64,000 bases of DNA, from contig NIVC01002152.1 in NCBI GenBank assembly GCA_002269645.1, positions 1 to 64,000 of the forward strand, written 5' to 3'. The DNA is from Macrostomum lignano (Eukaryota). Positions 24,423 through 39,104 of the stretch are shown here, piece by piece (position 1 is the first letter of the stretch; each line of letters starts with the position of its first letter). The notes beneath the pieces are model-generated. The model was not told the DNA's origin and ran no database searches. It saw nothing but the letters and a program-made list of their open reading frames with translations. Position numbers and translations under genes: made by a program.

Positions 24423-25110
24423 TTAGATGCGGCCTGAAAGTGATTTTATTTCAGCTGGTTCGCTTGTGATTGCATATCTGACGACAGTGTGTTGAGTAAA
24501 GTGCAACTTTATAAGTGTCACAGAATGATTTTCAACAATTCAACAGCTACGATTTCTTATCTTGCTGGGCCAAGGCTGGCTTCATTTTTTACATTTTACG
24601 CAGGTTAGGTGTCTATTACGAAGATGTTCCCGATCTGAAAGTATTTTTATCTGGTTCAAGCGGCAGACTGAAATCTAGTAGCAGACAATGTTTTCTAAAG
24701 CATAGCTTGTGATACTAACTACTTCTAATGATACTACACATCTGCGAGTCTGTTCTATTTACTGTGTATGAACTTCAATTTGTTAACACTCGTCATAAAT
24801 ATTTATTGAATTCTTCAGCTGCTAACAACGTAACAAATTTTATTGGACTGAAAATTTCTCGAACAAACACCATAACAGCTTTTTCTAAGAATCTCTAAAA
24901 ATACATAGCGTAACACTTTAAACAGCATTCAATAGCTGCTTTATTTGATTAATTCAACATTTGGTAGCTTAGCAAAACTATTAATTTTCGAAATGTATCA
25001 GACTAAAATACTTCACTCAGGAAGACTACGTAAAAATGGACAATAAGAAGGAAAAGACAATAAGGCTTAAATGCATTAAGCCACGAGTGCTCTGAAAGAC
25101 TAAGACACTC

Positions 25111-25430
25111 AGATACTAAAATATTAAGACACCCAAACATTAAGACACTGAGACACTCAGACACTAAAACAGACAACAAGACACTCAGACACTAAGACAC
25201 CAAGACACTCAGACACTCAAACATTAAGACACTGAGACACTGAGACACTTATAGACACCAAGACATCAAGACACAGAAAGACACTAAAACACTAAAACAC
25301 TTATACACAATAAAACACTCAGACACTCAGACATTAAAACACTGAGTCACTCAGACATTAAGACACACCAAGACACTCAGACACTAAGACACTTGGACAT
25401 TAAGAAACTAAGACACTCAGACACTGAGAC
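25111..25430. repeat. Degenerate agacact(c/a/g)a simple repeat
   Basis: Recurrent 8-9-bp units. Confidence 0.75.
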
Positions 25431-26014
25431 AAACCAGAATCGTGACACAAAGGCAGACAGACAAGGCAGAATGCAATGGGAGCCGTTCCCATTGGCCTAC
25501 AGCTGAAGGCACGGGAGTCTGGGAAAGCCGAATCCAATGAGGCTGCTAGGAGCCAGATGTAGGGATGGGGCGCAGCTTCTGAGCAGGTCTGTGAGATGTT
25601 TGTGAAAAGCAGACGCCGCATTGCCGAGGACCCGATAGCTACAGGGAATCGCGAGCAGCCCCAGAGATTCGGCTAATAAAGTCAATTCGAGCGCAGACTT
25701 CTTACCTGAACAGCTGCCAGGATTCTGCACTGTAAGATCAGCTACTTATCTTGCCGCGTGAGCTATCAGTTTGCTCAATTTTCCTGTGTTTTGGCAATCG
25801 TTTTTGGGAACAGCTGGCAAAATTTCCCGCGTGGTTGAGTATTCAAAAATATGCCTTTCGTTCTGTACTATTGCTTTCGTAGGTATTTGATTGTTAGGGT
25901 GGCTGAGAATTGGCGAGTGAATAGATTGTGTGGTAGACAGTGAATAGACACAAACATCAGTGAGTAAACAGACTATACTATACAGATATATAGTAAACAG
26001 ATTATAGTGAATAG

Positions 26015-27049
<1,035 letters not shown>

Positions 27050-27674
27050 CTGGCAGAGTTTAAAAATATTTGAGATAGGAGTAGAATGACGCAAGTTCTG
27101 TCCAAGTGAGAAAATAATGAATTACTGACACTGCAATGCGCTGCACTTACAGAGAACTCCGATAATAAAAACGCTTTTAAAATAGTAGATGTCGTCGAAC
27201 CCAAGGAGCAATAAAACTGCATGCAGAATTAATTTGATTGTCTTCTGTTTGGGTGGCCAGAGTATGTTCTTCCCTATTCAAGCCGCAGTGCAGTCGACTG
27301 GGCCGCCTCTACTTCCCTAGGGCGGACAACTAAGCAGCCTCGCTGGTCCGCCATAAAAGAATCCCCAGATTAAAGAGTGATGAGGCTGCGGCCGGAGACT
27401 GAGAGAGGGCGATAAAAATGGAAAAAAAAGTTCACGCGTTTGGCCCGTGCTCAGGGGCTGGGAATTCTGGTATGAGGAGCTCCTTTTTCGCCTTTTTTTG
27501 AATTAAATCTGGGATCAGATCCAGAGGAGACAATGGAAAAATGGGGAAATCGTTATTAACCTTTGTTAAAGAGATCAGGAATTTCTATGGGAGCTTCACT
27601 CTCAATGCACAGTTTTAGTCGCTAGAGTATTCTATATACATTGAGTGCCCTCAATGCCACTAACTGGCGCCCCA

Positions 27675-28672
27675 CAGTGTCTTCAGTTAGTGTCCCTCAG
27701 TGTCTTCAGTTAGTGTCCCTCAGTGTCTTCAGTTAGTGTCCCTCAGTGTCTTCAGTTAGTGTCCCTCAGTGTCTTTAGTTAGTGTCCCTCAGTGTCTTCA
27801 GTTAGTGTCCCTCAGTGTCTTCAGTTAGTGTCCCTCAGTGTCTTCAGTTAGTGTCCCTCAGTGTCTTCAGTTAGTGTCCCTCAGCGTCTTCAGTTAGTGT
27901 CCCTCAGTGTCTTCAGTTAGTGCCCCACAGTGTCTTCAGTTAGTGTCCCTCAGTGTCTTCAGTTAGTGTCCCTCAGTGTCTTCAGTTAGTGTCCCTCAGT
28001 GTCTTCAGTTAGTGTCCCTCAGTGTCTTCAGCTAGTGTCCCTCAGTGTCTTCAGTTAGTGTCCCTCAGTGTCTTCAGTTAGTGTCCCTCAGTGTCTTCAG
28101 TTAGTGTCCCTCAGTGTCTTCAGTTAGTATCCCTCAGTGTCTTCAGTTAGTGTCCCTCAGTGTCTTCAGTTAGTGTCCCTCAGTGTCTTCAGTTAGTGTC
28201 CCTCAGTGTCTTCAGTTAGTGTCCCTCAGTGTCTTCAGTTAGTGTCCCTCAGTGTCTTCAGTTAGTGTCCCTCAGTGTCTTCAGTTAGTGTCCCTCAGTG
28301 TCTTCAGTTAGTGTCCCTCAGTGTCTTCAGTTAGTGTCCCTCAGTGTCTTCAGTTAGTGTCCCTCAGTGTCTTCAGTTAGTGTCCCTCAGTGTCTTCAGT
28401 TAGTGTCCCTCAGTGTCTTCAGTTAGTGTCCCTCAGTGTCTTCAGTTAGTGTCCCTCAGTGTCTTCAGTTAGTGTCCCTCAGTGTCTTCAGTTAGTGTCC
28501 CTCAGTGTCTTCAGTTAGTGTCCCTCAGTGTCTTCAGTTAGTGTCCCTCAGTGTCTTCAGTTAGTGTCCCTCAGTGTCTTCAGTTAGTGTCCCTCAGTGT
28601 CTTTAGTTAGTGTCCCTCAGTGTCTCAGTTAGTGTCCTTCAGTGTCTTCAGTTAGTGTTCCTCAGTGTCTTC
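27675..28672. repeat. 23-bp minisatellite (cagtgtcttcagttagtgtccct) x~43
   Basis: Directly visible. Confidence 0.97.
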
Positions 28673-28901
28673 AACTGGAGCCCCACAGAGTCTCCAACTA
28701 GTGCCCCACAGGCTCCCTAACTGGTGGCCCACAGGGGACCAGTGGAGGGGATAGAGGAGAGGGGATGTCTTCATCTGGTGCCCCAGAGGCCCTCTAACTG
28801 CTGATTCTTTACAACTCTCTCCTTCTTCATCCCCAGGAAGTCTGGTGAACCATTCCGCTTCTGACATCCGGAATAGTTCGGCTGCGATATGTTTGCCAGC
28901 A

Positions 28902-28903
<2 letters not shown>

Positions 28904-28985
<82 letters not shown>

Positions 28986-29002
28986 CTCTCTCTCTCTCTC
29001 TA
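28904..29002. repeat. (CT)n microsatellite
   Basis: Directly visible. Confidence 0.97.
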
Positions 29003-29329
29003 TTTATTCCTGTCAGACTCTCCGTCTTCCTCTTTGATCTACATAAATTAGGCTAGCACTTGAAATAGCGAGTTCGACAGACTGAATCCTGTTAGCTCGT
29101 ACGACATTTAATTCGGCGAAAATATTTCCGTTATTGTTTTCTCCGTTACACGGACAAAAAATTTCCGTACAAGCTTGTTTTGTCCGTTCTGTTACACGGA
29201 CAAAACAAGTCGCTTTGCTCGAGTCTGTGCAGTATTATTACTCGTAAAGGTCCTTTGATCGCTTTCTTTGAAGGATTGCATTAACAAGAACAATTTTTAC
29301 ATTTTGGAGACAACCGACACTGGGAAAGA

Positions 29330-29900
29330 GAGGGGATAGATCAGAGGGGAGAAGGGAAAAGGGGATGGATCAGAGGGGAGAAGGGAAAAGGGGATAGATC
29401 AGAGGGGAGAGGGAAAAAGGGGATAGATCAGAGGGGAGAGGGGAAAAGGGGATAGGTCAGAGGGGAGAGGGGAAAAGGGGATAGATCAGAGGGGAGGGGA
29501 AAAGGGGATAGATCAGAGGGGAGAGGGAAAAAGGGGATAGATCAGAGGGGAGAGGGGAAAAGGGGATAGATCAGAGGGGAGAAGGGAAAAGGGGATGGAT
29601 CAGAGGGGAGAGGGGAAAAGGGGATAGATCAGAGGGGAGAGGGGAAAAGGGGATAGATCAGAGGAGAGAGGGGAAAAGAAGATAGATCAGAGGGGAGAGG
29701 GGAAAAGGGGATAGATTAGAGGGGAGAGGAGAGAGAGGGGATAGATCAGAGGGGAGAGGGGAAAAGGGGATAGGTCAGAGGGGAGAGGGGAAAAGGGGAT
29801 AGATCAGAGGGGAGAGGGGAAAAGGGGATAGATCAGAGGGGAGGGGAAAAGGGGATATATTAGAGGGGAGAGGAGAGAGAGGGGATAGATCAGAGGAGAG
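29330..29900. repeat. 29-bp purine-rich minisatellite (agaggggagaggggaaaaggggatagatc)
   Basis: About 20 copies with recurring G4 runs. Confidence 0.93.
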
Positions 29901-30402
29901 GAGGGCATAACTGATGGGACTAGATCACAGCCAGAGATGGACGCAGAGCAGTACTGGAAACCGGGAATAAAAGTATTCAAATAGGACCGACCGCGAATCT
30001 GAAAGTAGCTAAGAGTTCGAAGAAGCAAACACAACAAGCAAGCAATTTTTTAGTTCATGGCGAGAGCGAAGAGTATTAGGTCCTAGCAAACTTTGAGTTG
30101 GCGCTTCTCAGTTGCCTGGCGGAACCGCTCTGTAATTGGTTAGTAAGGGGGGGGGGCTACGCTAATGCTTTCTGGCTAACAAACAAAACTGCAAAAGCTA
30201 ACCAGTTAGATGTAAAAGAGAAAAGTTACAGTCACCACTCGAACAGACGAGGGAAAAGAGAGACAGAATTAGTAGAGAGAGCAGTGAGTTGAGCAGCTGA
30301 ACCACTGGGGACTTTAAGCTCAAAATTTGACTGAAATATACAAAAGTACCTCGTAGTATTAGTACAAGGGAACATTTTGAATGACTTAAATAGTTCCCTA
30401 CT

Positions 30403-30803
30403 ACCGATTCTCACAACCGATTCTAATTACCGATTCTCATTACTGATTCTAATTACCGATACTCATTACTGATTCTAATTACCGATTCTCATTACTGATT
30501 CTCACAACCGATTCTCATTACCGATTCTCACTACCGATTCTCACAACCGATTCTCACTACTGATTCTCACTACCGATTCTCATTACCGATTCTCACAACC
30601 GATTCTCACTACCGATTCTCACTACCGATTCCCACTACCGATTTTCACTACCGATTTTCATTACCGATTCTCACTACCGATTCCCACTACCGATTTTCAC
30701 TACCGATTTTCATTACCGATTCTCATTACCGATTCTCATTACCGATTCTCACTGCCGATTCTCACTACCGATTCTCATTACCGATTCTCACTACCGATTC
30801 CAA
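30403..30803. repeat. 13-bp minisatellite (ccgattctcacta)
   Basis: About 30 copies. Confidence 0.93.
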
Positions 30804-31143
30804 CTATTGAGTATTCAGTATTGTTGGTTTTAGCAAAAGCCATCGAATTCTGCAATTCTGAAATCTGCACATTTAAACAGCGGGCGGAGCAGCATGCTTA
30901 AAAATTAAAAACGCGCTATGACAGAGCAGTGGTCAATTCACTCAATAGTTGCTGGATTCACACTCGGCCGCCTGAGACTAGCTCTGGCTGGCGCGGTTTC
31001 CCCGCCTGTCTCTGGGGAGTTGCGACAATGCAGTGTCCGAGTGGGGCTCCCGTCCAAACTAGATTAAATTGAGGCTGGCCTGGCTGACGCCAGCTGCGGC
31101 CTCTGCCGTGAGTGCTGACAGAAATTGAAGTAGGAATTAGGGG

Positions 31144-31398
<255 letters not shown>

Positions 31399-31405
31399 CC
31401 GCAGG

Positions 31406-32836
31406 ATGTCTGACGCCAGACGCAACAACTGCTCGGAGAGCTTAGTCGCTCAGGCCTTCAACCAGATCAGCCTGCCGCTAATCGCAGTCATATCCGTGAC
31501 CTCAATCCTGCTGAACGTGTTGAACATACTCATCTTCAGCAAGAAGAAGATGATCTCGCCAACTAACAGCATACTGTTAGGCATCGCGGTGAGCGACCTA
31601 ATCAAAGTGCTCATGTTCCTGGTCACCTCGGTAGTTCCCCTGGACCAGATGAGCCACAGCTACGACTACCAGGTGTTCTACCTGTTCTGCAACGTGGCCA
31701 TGTACCTGATGCACGCTTTCGCCCTGTGGTGCGGCGTCCTGCTGGCTCTGTTCCGCTTCTTCTACCTGCGCTACTACGCCTCCAGCCGCACCAAGGTGTG
31801 GTTCAGCCTGGCCCGCGCCCGCCTGGCCGTCTGCCTGGCCTTCCTGGCCAACCTGGTGGCCGTGGTTCCCTATGCCAGCAGCCTGCAGATCCGCGGCTTT
31901 AACGACACGCACAATAACACCGGGCAGAGCGGCCACAGCCCGGTGATGTACAGTCCGAGTCTGGACGAGCGGCACGAATTCAAAATCCGATTGTTCAACG
32001 GCCTGGCCCAGAAGGTTTTGCCCTGCCTCATCATGACCTGCTTCTGCTTCATCATCATCAAGAGTCTGCGCAAGACAGAGAAGCGTCGCGAGTCGCTGGT
32101 GAATCTGAACAGCCGTTCGAGGACTGGCGGGATGAACCGGAACAACAGCAGCAGCAGCAGGCGCGGCTGCGAGAGCTTCGCCAACTCGGAGGTCGAGACT
32201 ACGCGGCAGCCTTCGCCGTCGCCGCAGCACTCGCTGTCGCAGCTGTCGCCAACGCCGACCCAGGGGACACAGCGATCGTCGAGAGGCTCAGCGTCGAAAA
32301 ATTCTCGACGACAGCGTCGATCGAGGGATCACCGACGAACTACCAGCTTCCTGCTGGTCATCATTGTGCTGTACATCCTGTACGAGATCCCGATGAGCAT
32401 GCTGAACATCCTGGAGGACCCGATGTTCAACCTGCCGGGGGTGCAGTGCTTCTTCTATTTGTTCATCCGCATGCTGAACACGCTGGGCCTGATCAACAAC
32501 TCGGTGAACTTCGTGCTCTATTGCTTCATGAGCAAGCAGTTCCGCCAGGTGTTTAAGCGCATGTTCGGTCTGCTCTGCTTCCGGCAGCCCAAGACTGGCA
32601 ACGCTGGCTCGGCGCGCTCCACCACCGGGGCCCCAACACAAGGAGGTTCCGCCGGCGGCGGCGGCGGCGTCGACAGGACGAGGCGAAAACGGCTCGGTAC
32701 CGACAACAGCTGCGGCGGTCGCAGCGGCGGTGGCGGGGGCGGCTTGATTCACCTCTCGCTGAGGTCCACCGGCGACGACGAGCGGTCCCGGTTCAGCGTG
32801 TCCGAGGGACCCAGCAACGCATTCTACGATCCCTGA
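31406..32836 (+). CDS. Rhodopsin-class peptide GPCR, myosuppressin/DMSR-like (Srw group), 476 aa, single coding exon
   Basis: Seven hydrophobic segments; NILIFSKKKMISPTNSILLGIAVSDL (TM1-2), HAFALW..LALFRF (TM3), KVLPC (TM5), NNSVNFVLYCFMSKQFR (TM7/H8); N-glycosylation sequon NCS. Confidence 0.88.
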   Translation: MSDARRNNCSESLVAQAFNQISLPLIAVISVTSILLNVLNILIFSKKKMISPTNSILLGIAVSDLIKVLMFLVTSVVPLDQMSHSYDYQVFYLFCNVAMYLMHAFALWCGVLLALFRFFYLRYYASSRTKVWFSLARARLAVCLAFLANLVAVVPYASSLQIRGFNDTHNNTGQSGHSPVMYSPSLDERHEFKIRLFNGLAQKVLPCLIMTCFCFIIIKSLRKTEKRRESLVNLNSRSRTGGMNRNNSSSSRRGCESFANSEVETTRQPSPSPQHSLSQLSPTPTQGTQRSSRGSASKNSRRQRRSRDHRRTTSFLLVIIVLYILYEIPMSMLNILEDPMFNLPGVQCFFYLFIRMLNTLGLINNSVNFVLYCFMSKQFRQVFKRMFGLLCFRQPKTGNAGSARSTTGAPTQGGSAGGGGGVDRTRRKRLGTDNSCGGRSGGGGGGLIHLSLRSTGDDERSRFSVSEGPSNAFYDP

Positions 32837-33504
32837 ACTGTTTGAGCAGGGATTTTGCTAAGCATCCGAGATTAACTTTGCAACAGGCACCATTGGATGA
32901 ATTTATTTCTGTTAAATTAAAACTTTAAATAACTCGACGGCTCAATCCTGAAAGGATCTGAGAAGAGCAGAGAAATTATTTCTTCGCATTGCCAACCTTT
33001 TATTTACTATTACTATTTAAAAATAAGCTGGAAAGTTTTGAATGGAAAAAAATTGTTATCTCAATTTAGGGATAAGCATCCCTACTACTGTTCAACTGCG
33101 CGGGAAAAATGAATATTAGGGACATTGCGAATGGCACAGGAGTTGCCGCCAGATCGCGTGTCTATCAGATTTCCCTGCGATCAGCAGAGAGCTGTGGCGT
33201 GGCGTGACAGCGGGCGCGCCTGCTACTAGCGAAACAAGTGCAAGGGGAGCCAGGGGTGTCCGCTTGCGGAGGAGGGCTCTGCCAGCTTCTTTGCAGTGAC
33301 GAACAAGGACAAGAAGTCTTGACGAGTGACCTGCTTGATTGCAATACTAGTGGCTACCGACTTGTGCCCATATTTTTACAAGAATATCGGCACTTGTAGT
33401 TTTTGAAAGATTGAACTTTCGAGTAAAGTTCTCAACGATCGCGCACTGGCGAACTCAGAATTTTAAGATAACAAGAATCAAGAGTCCGAAATAGTGTCAG
33501 AAGT

Positions 33505-35145
33505 TGCTGCTGCACCTCATCAAATCTTAGCTGTCTGTCTGAAGCTGCACCTCATCAAATCTTAGCTGTCTGTCTGAAGCTGCACCTCATCAAATCTTAG
33601 CTGTCTGTCTGAAGCTGCACCTCATCAAATCTTAGCTGTCTGTCTGAAGCTGCACCTCATCAAATCTTAGCTGTCTGTCTGAAGCTGCACCTCATCAAAT
33701 CTTAGCTGTCTGTCTGAAGCTGCACCTCATCAAATCTTAGCTGTCTGTCTGAAGCTGCACCTCATCAAATCTTAGCTGTCTGTCTGAAGCTGCACCTCAT
33801 CAAATCTTAGCTGTCTGTCTGAAGCTGCACCTCATCAAATCTTAGCTGTCTGTCTGAAGCTGCACCTCATCAAATCTTAGCTGTCTGTCTGAAGCTGCAC
33901 CTCATCAAATCTTAGCTGTCTGTCTGAAGCTGCACCTCATCAAATCTTAGCTGTCTGTCTGAAGCTGCACCTCATCAAATCTTAGCTGTCTGTCTGAAGC
34001 TGCACCTCATCAAATCTTAGCTGTCTGTCTGAAGCTGCACCTCATCAAATCTTAGCTGTCTGTCTGAAGCTGCACCTCATCAAATCTTAGCTGTCTGTCT
34101 GAAGCTGCACCTCATCAAATCTTAGCTGTCTGTCTGAAGCTGCACCTCATCAAGTCTTCTGTCTCTCTGAAGCTGCACCTCATCAAGTCTTCTGTCTCTC
34201 TGAAGCTGCAACTCATCAAGTCTTCTGTCTCTCTGAAGCTGCACCTCATCAAGTCTTCTGTCTCTGAAGTTGCACCCCATCAAATCTTCTGTCTGTTTGA
34301 ACTGAAGCTGCACCTCATCAAATCTTCTGTCTGTCTGAACTGAAGCTGCACCTCATCAAATCTTCTGTCTGTTTGAACTGAAGCTGCACCTCATCAAATC
34401 TTCTGTCTGTTTGAACTGAAGCTGCACCTCATCAAATCTTCTGTCTGTCTGAACTGAAGCTGCACCTCATCAAATCTTCTGTCTGTCTGAACTGAAGCTG
34501 CACCTCATCAAGTCTTCTGTCTCTCTGAAGCTGCACCTCATCAAGTCTTCTGTCTCTGAAGCTGCACCTCATCAAATCTTCTGTCTGTCTGAACTGAAGC
34601 TGCACCTCATCAAGTCTTCTGTCTCTCTGAAGCTGCACCTCATCAAGTCTTCTGTCTCTCTGAAGCTGCAACTCATCAAGTCTTCTGTCTCTCTGAAGCT
34701 GCACCTCATCAAGTCTTCTGTCTGTCTGAACTGAAGCTGCACCTCATCAAGTCTTCTGTCTCTCTGAAGCTGCACCTCATCAAGTCTTCTGTCTCTCTGA
34801 AGCTGCAACTCATCAAGTCTTCTGTCTCTCTGAAGCTGCACCTCATCAAGTCTTCTGTCTCTGAAGTTGCACCCCATCAAATCTTCTGTCTGTCTGAACT
34901 GAAGCTGCACCTCATCAAATCTTCTGTCTGTCTGAACTGAAGCTGCACCTCATCAAATCTTCTGTCTGTTTGAACTGAAGCTGCACCTCATCAAATCTTC
35001 TGTCTGTTTGAACTGAAGCTGCACCTCATCAAATCTTCTGTCTGTCTGAACTGAAGCTGCACCTCATCAAATCTTCTGTCTGTCTGAACTGAAGCTGCAC
35101 CTCATCAAGTCTTCTGTCTCTCTGAAGCTGCACCTCATCAAATCT
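33505..35145. repeat. 35-bp satellite (gctgcacctcatcaaatcttagctgtctgtctgaa) grading into 31/33/38-bp variants; continues at 40911-41133
   Basis: Directly visible; the same core resumes after a 5.8-kb insertion. Confidence 0.95.
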
Positions 35146-35939
35146 TCCTATATACTAAAAATGTGATGTCTATATATATATATGTGATAGATTAGAGAAA
35201 AAATGGCTGGACCGATTTTGTTCGAACTTGCGCTGTTCGATCAGAAATTTTCCCGTGACGGTACATGCATCATGGCTAAGAAATTTCCATATACTAAAAA
35301 TGGTCTGTCTGTGTCTATGTGATCGATTAGAGAAAAAATGGCTCAACCGATTTTGTTCGAACTTGCACTATTCGATCAGAAATTTTTCCGTGACGGTACA
35401 TGCATCGTGGCTAAGAAATTGCTCGATGCTAAAGGCATTAAATATTCGGAAAACATGCTTTTTTGCAAAGGTCAAGCATTAAAATGCATTGTAAGAATGC
35501 TAGCAGAAAAACTGACTGGTTGAATTCTGATTCTAAAATAGATTGCATCACAATACACTTTATTTATCGTCTGTGTACTGGCTGAATTTGACACTCAATT
35601 GAATTGCGTAACAGCTTTGAGTGTGAAAGCATAGCGCAGTACTGAATTTATATTACGTAACCATATTGTAAACTTTCATAGACACTGGTACTGACTTGCC
35701 TAAGAAATTGATTATGTCATAACTGATTCGTGTGACTTTTTACTCTACCTGAATTGGTGTGAGTGTTGAATTATATTAGTAGTACAAATTCACTGATAAC
35801 TTCGATGAGAGCTAGCCTAGAGCTGAACAGACCAGACTGCTAATGCAGCAACCTGGGTTCGAATCTAAGTAGTTTAAAAGTAGTACTGTAATTTTTTTTA
35901 TTAAAAGCTTTTATTCAAGGACTAAATAAAAACACTTAG

Positions 35940-38035
35940 ATTACTGCACTCGATAAGCCAAGAATTATTGCTATTAATAAACCAAGGATTACTGCACTCG
36001 ATAAGCCAAGGATTATTGCTAATATTAAACCAAGGATTAATGCACTTGATTAATCACTTGATATTGCTATTGATAAAACAAGGATTACTGCACTCGATAA
36101 GCCAAGGATTAATGCTATTAACAAACCAAGGATTACTGCACTCGATAAGCCAAGGATTATTGCTATTAATGAACCAAGGATTACTGCACTCGATAAGCCA
36201 AGGATTATTGCTATTAATAAACCAAGGATTAATGCACTTGATTAATCAAGGATTATTGCTATTAATAAACCAAGGATTACTGCACTCGATAAGCCAAGGA
36301 TTATTGCTATTAATGAACCAAGGATTACTGCACTCGATAAGCCAAGTATTATTGCTATTAATAAACCAAGGATTACTGCACTCGATAAGCCAAGAATTAT
36401 TGCTAATAATAAACCAAGGATTAATGCACTTGAATAATTAAGGATTATTGTTATTAATAAACCAAGGATTAATGCACTCGATAAGCCAAGAATTATTGCT
36501 ATTAATAAACCAAGGATTACTGCACTCGATAAGCCAAGGATTATTGCTATTAATAAACCAAGGATTTTTGCACTTGATTAATCAAGGATTATTGATATTA
36601 ATAAACCAAGGATTACTGCACTCGATAAGCCAAGGATCATTGCTATTAATAAACCAAGGATTAATGCACTTGATTAATCAAGGATTATTGCTATTAATAA
36701 ACCAAGGATTACTGCACTCGATAAGCCAAGGACTATTGCTCTTGGCAAACCAAGGATTACTGCACTCGATAAGCCATGGATTATTGCTATTAATAAACCA
36801 AGGATTACTGCACTCGATAAGCCAAGGATTATTGCTATTAATAAACCAAGGATTACTGCACTCGATAAGCCAAGAATTATTGCTAATAATAAACCAAGAA
36901 TTAATGCACTTGAATAATCAAGGATTATTGTTATTAATAAACCAAGGATTACTGCACTCGATAAGCCAAGGATTATTGCTATTAATAAACCAAGGATTAC
37001 TGCACTCGATAAGCCAATGATTATTGCTATTAATAAACCAAGGATTACTGCACTCGATAAGCCAAGGATTATTGCTATTAATAAACCAAGGATTAATGCA
37101 CTCGATAAGCCAAGGATTATTGCTATTAATAAACCAAGGATTACTGCACTTGGAAAACCAAGGACTACTGCACTCGATAAGCCAAGGATTATAGCTATTA
37201 ATAAACCAAGGATTATTGCTATTAATAAACCAAGGATTAATGCACTCGATTAATCAAGGATTATTGCTATTAATAAACCAAGGATTACTGCACTCGATAA
37301 GCCAAGGATTATTGCTATTAATAAACCAAGGATTAATGCACTTGATTAATCAAGGATTATTGCTATTAATAAACCAAGGATTACTGCACTCGATAAGCCA
37401 AGGATTATAGCTATTAATAAACCAAGGATTATTGCTATTAATAAACCAAGGATTAATGCACTCGATTAATCAAGGATTATTGCTATTAATAAACCAAGGA
37501 TTACTGCACTCGATAAGCCAAGGATTATTGCTATTAATAAACCAAGGATTACTGCACTTGGAAAACCAAGGACTACTGCACTCGATAAGCCAAGGATTAT
37601 TGCTATTAATAAACCAAGGATTATTGCACTTGATTAATCAAGGATTATTGCTATTAATAAACCAAGGATTACTGCACTCGATAAGCCAAGGATTATTGCT
37701 ATTAATAAACCAAGGATTACTTCACTCGATAAGCCAAGGATTTTTGGTCTTAATAAACCAAGGATTACTGCACTCGATAAGCCAAGGATTATTGGTCTTA
37801 ATAAACCAAGGATTAATGCACTCGATAAGCCAAGGATTATTGCTATTAATAAACCAAGGATTACTGCACTCGATAAGCCAAGGATTATTGCTATTAATAA
37901 ACCAAGGATTACTGCACTCGATAAGCCAAGGATTATTGCTATTAATAAACCAAGGATTACTGCACCCGATAAGCAAGGGTTATTGGTCTTAATAAACAAA
38001 GGATTACTTCACTCGATAGCCAAGGATTACTGCGC
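35940..38035. repeat. 48-bp dimeric satellite (ccaaggattattgctattaataaa + ccaaggattactgcactcgataag)
   Basis: About 2.1 kb of alternating 24-bp monomers. Confidence 0.95.
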
Positions 38036-38084
38036 TTGATAAGCTTGGCTACATGTATAGGATTATTTCTATCCAGGGATGCTT

Positions 38085-38360
38085 CCTATTTATGGATTCT
38101 TGCTATGTGCAGGATGCTTGCTATTTATGGATTCTTGCTATGTGCAGGATGCTTGCTATTTAGGGATTCTTGCTATGTGCGGGAGGCTTGCTATCTGGGT
38201 GGATGCTTTTATCCAGGGGATGCTTCTATTTGGGGGATGCTTGCTATCTGCAAGATGCTTGCTATCTGGGTGGATGCTTGCTAGGAGTATTAGGGGATGC
38301 TTGCTATCTGCGGTTGCTTACTTTTGGAGGCGGGTTCTTGCTACTGGGGGGATGCTTGCT
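38085..38360. repeat. Degenerate ggatgcttgctat repeat
   Basis: Recurrent ~20-bp units. Confidence 0.75.
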
Positions 38361-39104
38361 GTCTTGGGAATATTTCCTATTTAGGGGTAATGACTGTGAT
38401 CTTTGTGAAAGCTATATTTTCTTGTCTGTTTGTTAATTTTAGAAAAAAAGAGATTCATAGCAAATATTATTGTCCGTGACAATTTTAAATGAATAAGGTG
38501 ATTTTTAAAAGTGATGAAGGACTTTGTTTTTAAGAAAATGTGCTTTTTAATTGATTTCCATAAGCTATTTTTGCTTCGTTCTTATTGGGCGCCCCGAAGG
38601 GGGGCCGCACTAGATTGCTTCTCGATGCTAAAGGCATTAAATATTCGAAAAACATGCTGTTTTGCAAAGGTCAAGCAAACTTTTTGACTTGAAATGCATT
38701 GTAAGAATGCTAGAGAAAAAACTGACTGGTTGAATTCTGACTCTGAAATAGATTGCATCATAACTGAATTGTAACTCCGACTTGAATTGAAAATGCAGTG
38801 TGGAAGCGTAGCACCAGACTTGATTTAAATTGCGTAACCATATTGTTAACTGATACTGACTGACTGAGAAACTGATTATGTCATAACTGCTTCGTGTGAT
38901 TTACTCTATGCTTGGATTTAAAAGTGTTGAGTTATATAAGTGCAAAAGTTGATGTTATCAAAACGATGAGAGCTAGCCTAAAGGTGAACAAACTGAACTG
39001 CTAAATGCAGTGACGATGGTTTGAATTTTCATAGAGTATAATTTTTTTAATTAAAGCTTTTCAACGTCAGGAAAACTAAAAGACTTTTTAAAAAGAAGCG
39101 TCAT

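Noticed and set aside
35968-37999. Leu-rich LLINQGLLHSISQG ORFs resembling LRRs
   Set aside because: They come from a 24/48-bp DNA satellite with frequent frame breaks
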